Translations under genes and position numbers: made by a program | Shown: in pieces, positions 30,800-40,077 of the stretch | Numbering within the stretch: the first letter of the stretch is position 1 | Layout of the letters: every line of letters starts with the position of its first letter | DNA from: Elusimicrobiota bacterium | GTDB taxonomy: Bacteria; Elusimicrobiota; Elusimicrobia; UBA1565 | Reading direction: 5' to 3' | Assembly (NCBI GenBank): GCA_016196755.1 | Contig: JACPXC010000010.1 | Location: forward strand, 7,802-71,801 | DNA: 64,000 nt | Notes under the pieces: generated by a model | What the model was told of the DNA's origin: nothing | The model's database searches: none | What the model saw: only the letters and a program-made list of their open reading frames with translations

Positions 30800-31356
30800 A
30801 AGTTCTTGATGATCCAGCGCGCGGCGGCCAGGACGTCGCGGCGGACGGCGGCGGGTTTGAAGGGGGCGCAATGGGGGCGCTCGTGGCGGCCGTGGCCGGT
30901 CAGGACCAGGACGCCGGGCACGCCCAGCGCGCGGGCCAGTCCCAGGTCCGCGCGCTTGTCCCCTATGACGGCGGCGCGCGCCAGCGAGAGGTCCAGCTCG
31001 CGCGCGGCGCGCCGGGCCAAGAGCGCCTTGGGCTTGCGGCAGCCGCAGCGGCGCTCGGGGCGGTGGGGGCAGAAGTAGATGCCGTCGAGCCGGGCGCCGC
31101 CCGCGGCCAGCTGGCGGCGCAGGCGGGCGTGGATGCGCCCCAGGGTGGCGGGGGTCAGGTAGCCGCGGCCGAGGCCGGACTGGTTGCTGACCACCACCAG
31201 GCGGAAGCCCGCCGCGCGCAGCAGGCGCAGGGCCGGCGCGGCCTTGCGGTAGACCCGCATCTCCGAGGGCTTGGTCAGATACCAGCCGGGCCGGTCGGGA
31301 TTGAGGGTGCCGTCGCGGTCGAGGAACACGACAGGTCGGAGGGAGGGGCGGGTCAT
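30796..31356 (-). CDS. gmhB: D-glycero-D-manno-heptose 1,7-bisphosphate phosphatase
   Basis: FLDRDGTLN, SNQSGLGRG, CPH...CGCRKP, IGDKRAD. Confidence 0.9.
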   Translation of the reverse strand: MTRPSLRPVVFLDRDGTLNPDRPGWYLTKPSEMRVYRKAAPALRLLRAAGFRLVVVSNQSGLGRGYLTPATLGRIHARLRRQLAAGGARLDGIYFCPHRPERRCGCRKPKALLARRAARELDLSLARAAVIGDKRADLGLARALGVPGVLVLTGHGRHERPHCAPFKPAAVRRDVLAAARWIIKNL

Positions 31357-32474
31357 TCGGGCTCCGCCTCGGCCTCGGGCTCCGGGCCGTCCTTCTCGGC
31401 CGTGCCGCAGACCACGGCGTCCCAGCGCGCGCGTCCCTTCACGATGTCGAGCCGCACGCCCAGGGCGTAGACCTCGCCGACCAGGAGGCGCTGCCAGCCT
31501 TCAGGCAGACGCGGCAGGTCCTTGAAGGTGGTGATCAGCGGCAAACCGCCGCGGACCGACTCGATCGAGGAGAGCTCGAGGGCGGTGTAGGGGTGATGGT
31601 CGGGATAGCGCCAGGTCTGGACGATATCGGCCCCGGCCCTGCGCACTTCCGACTCGAAGGAGGCGGGAGAGCCGATGCCGCTCAGGCAGACCACGCGGCG
31701 GTCCTTGAGCCAGCGCAGGCCGTGCCGGCCGTCGCCCTTGAGGTCGTAGAGCCCCTCGGCCTTATGCACGGCCTCCGCCACCGGCAGCTCGGGGCTGACG
31801 GCGGCGATCGCCGCGCGGAGCTCCTCGAGACGGCCGGCCGGGGCCAGGTCGGAATGGGTGATCACGGCCAGCGCGGCGCGGCCCAGGGCGGAGAACGGCT
31901 CGCGCAGGTCCCCGGCCGGCAGCAGCCGCCCGCCGCCGAAGGGGTCGAGGGCGCTGAGCAGGACCACGTCGGCGTCGCGGGCCAGGCGGCGGTGCGAGAA
32001 GCCGTCGTCGAGCACGAGCACGTCGGGCTCGTAGTATTCCATCGCGGTGTTGGCCGCGGCGACGCGGTCGGGGGAGACCAGGATGGGCACCCCGAGGCCC
32101 TTGAGGGCGCGGTGCATCATCCACGGCTCGTCGCCGGTCTCCTGCCAGGGCACCTCGCGCTGGTCCAGGAGGACCTGCACGTCGCGCCCGCGGCGGCTGC
32201 GGCCGTAGCCGCGGCTCAGGATGGCGGGCTTGAGGCCGCGCTTGCGCAGGGTCTGGGCCGCCAGCAGGACGGCCGGGGTCTTGCCGGTGCCGCCCACGGT
32301 CAGGTTCCCGATGCAGACCGTGCGCCGCGCCACGCGGCGCCCGCGCAGCAGGCCCAGGGAGTAGGCGCCGTTGCGCAGCCAGACCACGGCGCCGTATACC
32401 CAGGAGAGCAGGACGAGGGCGGCGCGGCCCCACCAGGCCTGGCGCAGGCGCTCGCGCCGCGCCGCCGCGCTCAC
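31353..32474 (-). CDS. lpxK: Tetraacyldisaccharide 4'-kinase
   Basis: [44 protein letters not shown]. Confidence 0.95.
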   Translation of the reverse strand: MSAAARRERLRQAWWGRAALVLLSWVYGAVVWLRNGAYSLGLLRGRRVARRTVCIGNLTVGGTGKTPAVLLAAQTLRKRGLKPAILSRGYGRSRRGRDVQVLLDQREVPWQETGDEPWMMHRALKGLGVPILVSPDRVAAANTAMEYYEPDVLVLDDGFSHRRLARDADVVLLSALDPFGGGRLLPAGDLREPFSALGRAALAVITHSDLAPAGRLEELRAAIAAVSPELPVAEAVHKAEGLYDLKGDGRHGLRWLKDRRVVCLSGIGSPASFESEVRRAGADIVQTWRYPDHHPYTALELSSIESVRGGLPLITTFKDLPRLPEGWQRLLVGEVYALGVRLDIVKGRARWDAVVCGTAEKDGPEPEAEAEPE

Positions 32475-33508
32475 GACGGCCTCGCGGTCAGGCTCAGGAC
32501 CTTCTCGCAGGCCGCGAAGACCCTCTCGGCCTCGAGGTCGCGCAGGCACTCGAGCTGGGTCGGACAGGAGTTCGAGCGGCAGCCGATGCAGGCCAGCTCC
32601 TCGCGGCGCACGACGGCGTGCAGCGGGGAGTCCGGCGGGTTCCAGGCCGCCGGGTCGCTCGAGCCGTGGACGGTCACCGTCGGCACCGAGCGCGCGGTGG
32701 CGATGTGGCGGGGACCGCTGCAGTTGGTCACGACCAGGCCGCAGCGGCCGATGAGCGCCGCCAGCTGGCGGATCGAGCGGGTCTCGGGGGAGAGGTGGGC
32801 GGCCGTGCCGATGCCGTCGCGCACCTCGCGCGCCAGCGCCTCCTCGCCCGGCCCCCAGAAGACCAGGAGCCGCGCGCCCAGCTTGTCGCGCAGCAGGCGC
32901 CCCAGCGCCGCATAGCGCGCGGCGGGCCAGCGCCGGGTCTCGCGCCGCGAGGCGGGGACGAGCCCGACCAGGAGGCCGCCGGGCAGGCGCAGGCGGCGGG
33001 TGGCCGCGTTGGCGAACTCCTCGGAGTCGGGGTCCGCGCTCATGCGCGGCAGATAGTCCCCGGCGTCCGCGTCGAGGCCGAGCGAGCGCAGCATCAGGAT
33101 CTTCTCGAGCGCGCTGTAGCGCGCCCGGTCGGCGGACTGCGTCATCGGATGGGTGTAGGCCCAGCGGTGGGAGACGTGACCGGGGCCGGCGCGGACCGGG
33201 GCGCGGCTGGCCGCGGTCAACGCCGCGGTGCGCGGGTTGCCCATGAAGTCGATGACCCAATCGTAGCCGGCGCGGTTCACTCGGAAAAGCCAGTATAGAT
33301 AATTGGCCGGGGCCGACCCGTAAAGCAGGACCCGGGTCAGGTCGGGATTGCCGTGCAGGACCTCGTGGCAGGGCGGCTCGACGAGAAAGTCCAGCTCGGC
33401 GGCGGGGTGGAGCTTGCGCAGGGCGCGGACGGCCGGCGTGGTGAGGATGACGTCGCCCACGCGGCGCAGCATGATGACGAGGATCCGGCGCGGGGCGGGG
33501 AGGCTCAT
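32471..33508 (-). CDS. Glycosyltransferase family 9 (heptosyltransferase)
   Basis: LRRVGDVILTTP, RRWP, SGPRHIA, C-terminal Cys cluster. Confidence 0.88.
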   Translation of the reverse strand: MSLPAPRRILVIMLRRVGDVILTTPAVRALRKLHPAAELDFLVEPPCHEVLHGNPDLTRVLLYGSAPANYLYWLFRVNRAGYDWVIDFMGNPRTAALTAASRAPVRAGPGHVSHRWAYTHPMTQSADRARYSALEKILMLRSLGLDADAGDYLPRMSADPDSEEFANAATRRLRLPGGLLVGLVPASRRETRRWPAARYAALGRLLRDKLGARLLVFWGPGEEALAREVRDGIGTAAHLSPETRSIRQLAALIGRCGLVVTNCSGPRHIATARSVPTVTVHGSSDPAAWNPPDSPLHAVVRREELACIGCRSNSCPTQLECLRDLEAERVFAACEKVLSLTARPS

Positions 33509-34299
33509 AGCCGGGCCCGTCCGCGCGAGAGGTTGAGGCGGAAATCCAGCATCCAGTCGTCGCGGCGTACGAGCAGGCGCTTGAGCGGCCCGGCGGCACG
33601 CGTCCAGGCGCGCGGCGCAAGGCCCTGCTTGACCCCGTAGTCGCAGGAGTAGCCGGCGGCGTAGACGGCGGCGCGCACACGCTCGTCGTAGGCGCCCGCC
33701 CCGAACGGGTAGGCGAAGGCTGCGGCGCGCCGTCCCAGCTCGGCCTCGATGCGGCGTTTCGACTCGGTCAGCTCCCAGGCTAGCGCCTGGTCGTCGAGCG
33801 CGCGAAGGTCCGGATGGGACATGGTATGGGAGCCGAAGTCCACCAGCCCCGAGTCCGCCAGGGTACGGGCCTGCTCCCAGCTCAGCGTCCTCTGCCAGGG
33901 CTCGACGGCCGGGTCCTCCCAGCCGTTGCGGCGTCCCATCCAATCGGCCACCAGGAAGATCGTCGACTTCACGCCCAGCGCCTTCATGACCGGGAAGGCG
34001 TTCTCGAGGTTGTCGGCGGTGCCGTCGTCGAACGTGACGACGGCGGGCTTGGCCGGCAGAGAGTCGGGGTCGGCGAGCTGGGCGGCGAATACGGGCTGGT
34101 ACCCCGCGGCCAGCAGGTGCTCGAGCTGGGCGCGGAAGTCCGCGACCCGGACCCAGAGCTTCCCCAAGCGGCTGCGCGCCGGAGGATCGCCCACGCGGTG
34201 GTACATGAGGCCCGGGATGCCGTCCGCCTTGGGGCGCCACCAGTTCCAACGCGCCGAGAAGCCGGCGGCAGCCGCGGCGCCAAGCAGGAGTCCGGTCAC
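33505..34299 (-). CDS. Polysaccharide deacetylase (CE4/NodB)
   Basis: LMYHRV, VTFDDG, GSHTMSH, FAYPFG; GTGA overlap. Confidence 0.88.
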   Translation of the reverse strand: MTGLLLGAAAAAGFSARWNWWRPKADGIPGLMYHRVGDPPARSRLGKLWVRVADFRAQLEHLLAAGYQPVFAAQLADPDSLPAKPAVVTFDDGTADNLENAFPVMKALGVKSTIFLVADWMGRRNGWEDPAVEPWQRTLSWEQARTLADSGLVDFGSHTMSHPDLRALDDQALAWELTESKRRIEAELGRRAAAFAYPFGAGAYDERVRAAVYAAGYSCDYGVKQGLAPRAWTRAAGPLKRLLVRRDDWMLDFRLNLSRGRARL

Positions 34300-35054
34300 G
34301 GCCCGAGCTCGGCCAGGCGCGCGTACTTGAGCCAGGTGTGGAAGGCGGAGAGCCCGGCCCAGGTGACGCCCGGCCGGCCGTCCAGGATGCCGCCCTTGAG
34401 GACGAGCCGCGCGAAGAGCTCCCAAAACGGGCGGAGGTGGTCGGTCCAACAGGCGCGGCGGCCCGCCTCGTGACGACGGCGCGCGGCGCGCTCGGTGTAG
34501 CGCTCCATCTTCTCGATGTACTCGCCGAGGTCCCGGTAGGGGACGTGGCGGACCGGGGCGCGAAGGCGCCCTACCGGCCCGTCGAGCGAGACCCCCTCGT
34601 GGACGTGATTGCCGCCGAAGCCGCCCTTTTCGCGCTTGAACAGCCGAAGGTGGCGCTCCCCGCCCAGCCCGCCCCAGCGCAGGACGCGGCCCATGAACTC
34701 GACCTCGAACGGAAGCGTGAAGCCGGCCCGGTCGCGGGGGTCGTAGACCGCCGCGGCCACTTCGGCGGCCAGCTCCGGGCTCAGGCGCTCGTCGGCGTCG
34801 AGCGAGAGCACCCACTCCCCGGCGGCCAGATCGACGCACGCCTGCTTCTGCACGGCGAAGTCGTCGAAGCGCCGGCGCGCGGTCCGCGCGCCCCAGGCCT
34901 CGGCCAGGCGGCGCGTCCCGTCGGCCGACTCGCTGTCGAGCACGACCGCCTCGAAGCCGGGGGCCAGCGCCGCGCGCAGCGGCTCCAGGCTGGCCAACAG
35001 GGCCGGAAGGTCGCGCTCCTCGTCCTTGGCGATGACGCAGACGCTGAGCTTCAC
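34296..35054 (-). CDS. Glycosyltransferase family 2 (WaaE/KdtX-like)
   Basis: VIAKDEE, DSESADGT, WVLSLDADE, VHE, GILDGRPG. Confidence 0.88.
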   Translation of the reverse strand: MKLSVCVIAKDEERDLPALLASLEPLRAALAPGFEAVVLDSESADGTRRLAEAWGARTARRRFDDFAVQKQACVDLAAGEWVLSLDADERLSPELAAEVAAAVYDPRDRAGFTLPFEVEFMGRVLRWGGLGGERHLRLFKREKGGFGGNHVHEGVSLDGPVGRLRAPVRHVPYRDLGEYIEKMERYTERAARRRHEAGRRACWTDHLRPFWELFARLVLKGGILDGRPGVTWAGLSAFHTWLKYARLAELGP

Positions 35055-36175
35055 GCGGCGGCCTCGAGCAGGCGGCGGTCGACGGCCAGCGCCGCGTCCC
35101 CGGTGGCGGCCAGGCTAAAGCGCGTAAGCGAGCGCGCGGCCGCGGCCGCCCGCGAGCCGGCCTCGGCGGGGCCGTCCAGCGCGGCGAGCAGGGCGGACGC
35201 CAGGGCGGCCGGGTCGCGCGGCGGCACCAGCCAGGCGCTGTGCCCGTCCTTGGCCACCTCGGGGATGCCTCCCGCCGTCGTCGCCACGATCGGCACGCGG
35301 CAGGCCATGGCCTCGAGCAGGACCGAGCCCAGGCCCTCGCCCCACGACGGCTGGCAGTAGACGTCGAGCGCCTGCAGCCAGGGGCGCGGGTCCTCCTGGT
35401 GCCCCGGGAAGCGCACCGCGCCGCGCACGCCCAGCGAGTCGGCCAAGGCCTCGAGTTCGGGGCGGAGGGGGCCGTCGCCGACGATCAGGAAGCGGGTCTT
35501 CGGACGCCGGGCCACGACGGCTGGGACGGCGCGCAGGAGGTTGGGCTGGTCCTTGTGCGGGACCATGGCGGCGAGGTTCCCGACCCACTCGTGCCGGGGA
35601 TCGAGGCCAAGGCGCGCGCGAAGCGCCCCGCGGTCCGCGCTCGGCCCCCACGGTTCGGCCGCGCCGACCAGCCCGGCCTCCTCCGCTCCCAACGGCAGGG
35701 AGTCCGGGATGACGTCGACGCGCCTCGCCTCCACGCCGTCCTCGGCCAGGATGTCCTTGATGGCCTTGGAGACGGCGATGAAGGCTCCGGCCGAGCCGTA
35801 TTTGAGGCCCGGCCCCAGCGCGCCGCGCAGGCGGAAGTCGACGCGCCGGTGCGCCACCCAGGCCGGGCCGCCGAGGCGGCGCGCCAGCGAGGCTAGCCCG
35901 GCCCCGTGCGCGGTGTGCGCGTGCAGGACGGCGCCGGGCATCGCGGCGGCCCGAGCCAGGCGCCAGGCCGAGACCGGGTCCCACTCGCTGACGAACGGCA
36001 GGTTCATGACCGAGAAGCCCAGCGCCCGCGCCCTGGCTTGGAGCGGCGCGCCGCTGCGGCAGACCACGACGTTGTCGTGACCGCGCCGCCGGGCATGGGC
36101 GGCCAGGTAGAGGAGCTGGCGCTCCCCGCCGCGGAAGCCGCGCTCGCTATCGAGATGGAACAGGGTGTAGGGCAT
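35051..36175 (-). CDS. Glycosyltransferase family 4
   Basis: RGGERQ, HRRVDF, EGLGSVLLEAMA, GGIPE. Confidence 0.88.
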   Translation of the reverse strand: MPYTLFHLDSERGFRGGERQLLYLAAHARRRGHDNVVVCRSGAPLQARARALGFSVMNLPFVSEWDPVSAWRLARAAAMPGAVLHAHTAHGAGLASLARRLGGPAWVAHRRVDFRLRGALGPGLKYGSAGAFIAVSKAIKDILAEDGVEARRVDVIPDSLPLGAEEAGLVGAAEPWGPSADRGALRARLGLDPRHEWVGNLAAMVPHKDQPNLLRAVPAVVARRPKTRFLIVGDGPLRPELEALADSLGVRGAVRFPGHQEDPRPWLQALDVYCQPSWGEGLGSVLLEAMACRVPIVATTAGGIPEVAKDGHSAWLVPPRDPAALASALLAALDGPAEAGSRAAAAARSLTRFSLAATGDAALAVDRRLLEAAA

Positions 36176-37211
36176 CGGTGTAGGCGCGTTCGGTGGCGTC
36201 GAGGAAGGTCTCGAGCCGGAAGAGTTCCTCCCAGCGGCGGCGCGCGGCCCGCCCCTGGCGCTCGCGCAGAAGGGGGTCGTCGCCGAGCTCGAGCAGGGCG
36301 GCGGCCAGCGCCGCGGCGTCGCCGGGCGGGACCAGGCGGCCGGTGACGCCGTCGGACACGTACTCGGGCAGGCAGCCCACCGCGGCGGCGATGACCGGGC
36401 GGCCCAGGGCCATCCACTCGACGGCCGCGCGCGACACCGCCTCCGAGCCCAGCGAGGCGACCACACCGGCATGGCAGCGCCGCATGTACTCGAAGGCGTC
36501 CGGGACGTGGCCTTCGAAACTGACGCGGTCGGCGATCCCCAGGACGGCGGCCCGCTCGAGCAGTTCGCGGGCGGTGAGGTTCTCCGTCCGGCCGACCACC
36601 GTGAGCCGCAGTTCCGGACGCTTTTTGGCGGCCAAGGCCAGGGCCTCGAGCAGGACGGCGTGGCCCTTGACCGGGTCGAGCCGTGCGACGATGCCGAACA
36701 CGGCGGAGCCGCCGGGCGGGGGGACGACCGGCCCGGGGTCGGAGAGCCCTTCGTAGACGACCGACCCCGGGACTCCGAACGTCGAAAAGCGCTCATCGAA
36801 CTCCTTGAGGATTCTGCGGTTGGCGGCGATGAAGCCTCGAGTGCGCGACCAGACCAGGCCCGCGCCGGGCCGGCGCTTGAGGGCACGGGAATCGCCGCGG
36901 GTGCGCACCACGGCCGGGCCGGAGCGCCCGCAGAGGAAGGCGGCCAAGGTCTGCGCCGAGCCGGTATGGGCGACCATGAGCTCGGGCTTGAAGGCCTCCA
37001 GGGCGCGGCGCAGGGCCGCCAGCTCGAGCCAAGGCTGGCGGAAGCCCAGGGTCTCGAGCCCCGCGCGGCGGGCGGCTTCGAGCGGCGCCGCGCCGGCCAG
37101 GCCCCAAAACTCGACGGCATGCCCGCGGCCCGCCAGGCCGGCGGCGGCGCGCACGGCGTACTGGGTCAAGCCGCTGTCGTAGGGCTCGTCGTCTAGGTGG
37201 ACGATCCTCAC
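36147..37211 (-). CDS. Glycosyltransferase family 4
   Basis: VARLDPVKGH, SEAVSRAAVEWMA, GCLPE; GTGA overlap. Confidence 0.85.
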   Translation of the reverse strand: MRIVHLDDEPYDSGLTQYAVRAAAGLAGRGHAVEFWGLAGAAPLEAARRAGLETLGFRQPWLELAALRRALEAFKPELMVAHTGSAQTLAAFLCGRSGPAVVRTRGDSRALKRRPGAGLVWSRTRGFIAANRRILKEFDERFSTFGVPGSVVYEGLSDPGPVVPPPGGSAVFGIVARLDPVKGHAVLLEALALAAKKRPELRLTVVGRTENLTARELLERAAVLGIADRVSFEGHVPDAFEYMRRCHAGVVASLGSEAVSRAAVEWMALGRPVIAAAVGCLPEYVSDGVTGRLVPPGDAAALAAALLELGDDPLLRERQGRAARRRWEELFRLETFLDATERAYTDALHPVPSR

Positions 37212-38740
37212 GCGGGCACCTTCCGTCTCAGCAGTCCCCGGGCCGCTTCGAACACCTGCTCCACGGTGATGAGGCGCATGCACAGGAAGTGCCCCTCGGG
37301 GCAGGCCTTGGCGCCGTGCAGGCCGCAGGGCCGGCAGGCCAGGTCGGCCTCGAGGACCTTGTGGCCGTCGCCGTAAGGAAAGAAGCCCAGCTCCTTGGTC
37401 GTCGGCCCGAAGAGGGCCAGCACCGGGACGCCGTGGGCGGCGGCCACGTGCATCGGGCCCGAGTCGTTGGTGACGAGGAGGTCGAGCTTTGCCGTCAGAG
37501 CCAGGAGCTCGGGCAAGGTGGTCCGCCCGGTCCAATCGAGGACGGGGACCCCGGCCGCGGCGGCGATGTCGGCCGAGAGCGCCTTGTCGCCCGGCCCGCC
37601 GAGAAGGACGACCTTGGCCGAGGCCTCTTTCGAGAGGCGGGAGGCCAAGGCCGCGAAGCGCTCGGGGAACCAGCGCTTGGTGGGCCAGATCGAACCGGGG
37701 TGCAGGCCGACGAGGGGAGAATCCCCGACGCCGGCCTCGGCCAGGCGCTTGTCGATGGCGGCGGCGGCGTCGCCCTCGCGGCCCTTGGTCAGGTAGAGCG
37801 AGTCGGCCGGACCGGCGCGCAGGCCGGGGGCCAGGGGGAGGAGCAGGGCCAGGTTCCGCTCGGCCTCGGGGGCGCCCCAGGGGAAGGCCACGGTCTCGTG
37901 GAACAGGAACGCGCCGGCGCTGGAGGAGAAGCCGATCCTCCGCGGGATGGCGGCCAGGCGGGCCAGGAGGGCGCTGCGGAAGCTCCGGTGGGCGACGAGG
38001 ACGAGGTCGAAGCCGCGTCCACGCAGCTCGCCGGCCGCCGACCAGAGACCGCCCAGGCCGCGGTGCCGGCCGCGCTTGTCGTCGACTAAGACCTCGTCGA
38101 CCTCGCGGCAGGCCTTAAAGACGTCGGCGGTATCGGGCCTGGTGAGGACGGTCAACCGACAGCCGGGGATGACTTCCTTGACGCGCTTGGCCATCGGCAA
38201 GGTCAGCAGGGCGTCGCCCAGAAACGAGGTCTGCATGACGAGGACGTTCTTGGCCGTCGGCGTGGGGCGATGGGTGTTCCCGGGGCCGTAGTCGCCGAGG
38301 TGGAGCTCGCGATGGACGACCGGGACGCCCCAGGCCGAGAGCGCTTCCAGGTAGCGCTCCAGGGTGTGCTTGGCCAGGGCGGGGGAGGACCAGCGGAAGA
38401 GGACGTAGAGGCGCCGGGCCAGGGCGTGCTTACGATAGGCGGCGATCTTGGGTATCCCGCTGAGCTTTCGGAGCAGGATGGTCCGGCCCGTGCCGTGGAG
38501 GTCCAGGAGGTGAGTGAAGCCGCGGTTCCGGATAATCTTCAAGGCTCCGAAAAACCCTGGAAAAGAAATCACTTCATCCACGAATGGATTGCCGGCCAAG
38601 ACCGCCGAGAACTGCGGCTTCACCATCACGCTGATGCGGCAGTCCGGCCAATGGGCCTTGAGGTTGCGGTAGATCGGGGCGGTCAGGACCACGTCTCCAA
38701 GGGAGGAGAGGCGCAAGACCAGGATGTTCGGGGCGGCCAC
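37208..38740 (-). CDS. waaF: Lipopolysaccharide heptosyltransferase II with an extra N-terminal GT9 half-domain
   Basis: Two GT9 start motifs (LSSLGDVVLT, TSFLGDALLT); WPTKRW, TNDSGPMHVAAA, FGPT, CRPC. Confidence 0.8.
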   Translation of the reverse strand: MAAPNILVLRLSSLGDVVLTAPIYRNLKAHWPDCRISVMVKPQFSAVLAGNPFVDEVISFPGFFGALKIIRNRGFTHLLDLHGTGRTILLRKLSGIPKIAAYRKHALARRLYVLFRWSSPALAKHTLERYLEALSAWGVPVVHRELHLGDYGPGNTHRPTPTAKNVLVMQTSFLGDALLTLPMAKRVKEVIPGCRLTVLTRPDTADVFKACREVDEVLVDDKRGRHRGLGGLWSAAGELRGRGFDLVLVAHRSFRSALLARLAAIPRRIGFSSSAGAFLFHETVAFPWGAPEAERNLALLLPLAPGLRAGPADSLYLTKGREGDAAAAIDKRLAEAGVGDSPLVGLHPGSIWPTKRWFPERFAALASRLSKEASAKVVLLGGPGDKALSADIAAAAGVPVLDWTGRTTLPELLALTAKLDLLVTNDSGPMHVAAAHGVPVLALFGPTTKELGFFPYGDGHKVLEADLACRPCGLHGAKACPEGHFLCMRLITVEQVFEAARGLLRRKVPA

Positions 38741-38874
38741 GGGCTATTATAGTAACTACCGACGAGGAGGGGCACCTTCGGTGGGGGCCCACGCTGAAGG
38801 CCGGCCCTAGGGCCTAGCTCCGCCGGGGACCCACGCCACTACCGCCGGAGCCGACGGCGACGCATCCTGACCTC

Positions 38875-40077
38875 ATGCGCCGAGCCCTTTTCATCGAGAC
38901 GAACTTCTCCGGGGTCGACGCCGTGCTCCGCTGCCGGGCGGCGAGGATCGAGCCCCTCCTCGTGACCGCCGGCCTGGCCGGCCTGGCCGACAAGCTCCCC
39001 GCGGGCAGTCTCGGTCGCCTGCGCGCCGCGGCGACGATCGTCCAGGTCCGGGACCCGCTCGACGAGGAGGCCCTAGCCCCGGTCGCGGCCCGCCTGCGGC
39101 CCGACGCGATCCTGAGCTTCTCTCAGGCGCACACCCTCGTCGCCGCTCGGCTGGCGCGCCGCCTGGGGCTGCGTGGAGCCGACCCCGCCGCGGTGGCCGC
39201 TCTCAACGACAAGTTCGCCATGCGCGGCGCCCTCGAGCGGCTGGGGCTCGAGTCGGTCCGGCGCCTCCTGGTGCGGCGTCCCGAAGAGCTCGACGGGGTG
39301 CCCCAGTCCGTGGGGTTCCCTTTCGTGGTCAAGCCCACCCGCGGCTTTGCCAGCGTGGGGGTGGCCGTTTGCCGTTCCCGGCGGGAGCTGGCGCGCCTGC
39401 GCCATACCCTCGCGCGGGAACTCCTGCCTTGGATCGCCGAGGAATACTTCGAGGGCCCGCTGGTCAGCGTCGAGACCCTGACCCTGGGGCGAGGCCGGCA
39501 CCAGGTCTGGGGCCTCTCGGACCGGGCCCTGACCCACGGGGTCGTCGAGGTAGGCTCATCGTTCCCGGTCCGTCCGCCCGGCTGGCGCGCGGCGGTGCGG
39601 CACACTCTGGCCTGCCTCGATGGGATCGGGTTCGACCTGGGCGCCGCGCACACCGAACTGATCCTGACCGCCTCCGGCCCGCGCATCGTCGAGATCAACG
39701 CCCGGGCCGGCGGCACCGGGCACACGCAGATGATCGACGCGGCCTCCGGCCGCTCGGTCTGCCTCGACGTCGTGCGCGCCCACCTCGGTCTTCCCGTCGA
39801 GCCCTGGACGCCTCCGGCACGGACGGCCTCCCGGTATTCGTTCTGGAGCGCGCGCAAAGGCGTGATCCGGGCCCTTCCGCGCGCGGCGACGGCGCGGCGC
39901 CTCGAGGGTTTCTCGGACATGTGGCTGTTCAAGCGCGAGGGCTCCTCGCACGAGGGGCTGCGCACGAATTTCGACCTGCTCGGGCAGATCCTCTGCGTCG
40001 GGCCCGATCTAAAGAGGGCCGCCGCGCTGGCACGCGTGGCGGCGCGGACTCTGCAGGGCGAGGTCCGGATCCAATGA
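38875..40077 (+). CDS. ATP-grasp domain ligase (L-amino acid ligase / ATP-grasp_4-like)
   Basis: DKFAMR, PFVVKPTRGFASVGV, EEYFEGPLVSVE, AHTE, IVEINARAGG. Confidence 0.85.
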   Translation: MRRALFIETNFSGVDAVLRCRAARIEPLLVTAGLAGLADKLPAGSLGRLRAAATIVQVRDPLDEEALAPVAARLRPDAILSFSQAHTLVAARLARRLGLRGADPAAVAALNDKFAMRGALERLGLESVRRLLVRRPEELDGVPQSVGFPFVVKPTRGFASVGVAVCRSRRELARLRHTLARELLPWIAEEYFEGPLVSVETLTLGRGRHQVWGLSDRALTHGVVEVGSSFPVRPPGWRAAVRHTLACLDGIGFDLGAAHTELILTASGPRIVEINARAGGTGHTQMIDAASGRSVCLDVVRAHLGLPVEPWTPPARTASRYSFWSARKGVIRALPRAATARRLEGFSDMWLFKREGSSHEGLRTNFDLLGQILCVGPDLKRAAALARVAARTLQGEVRIQ

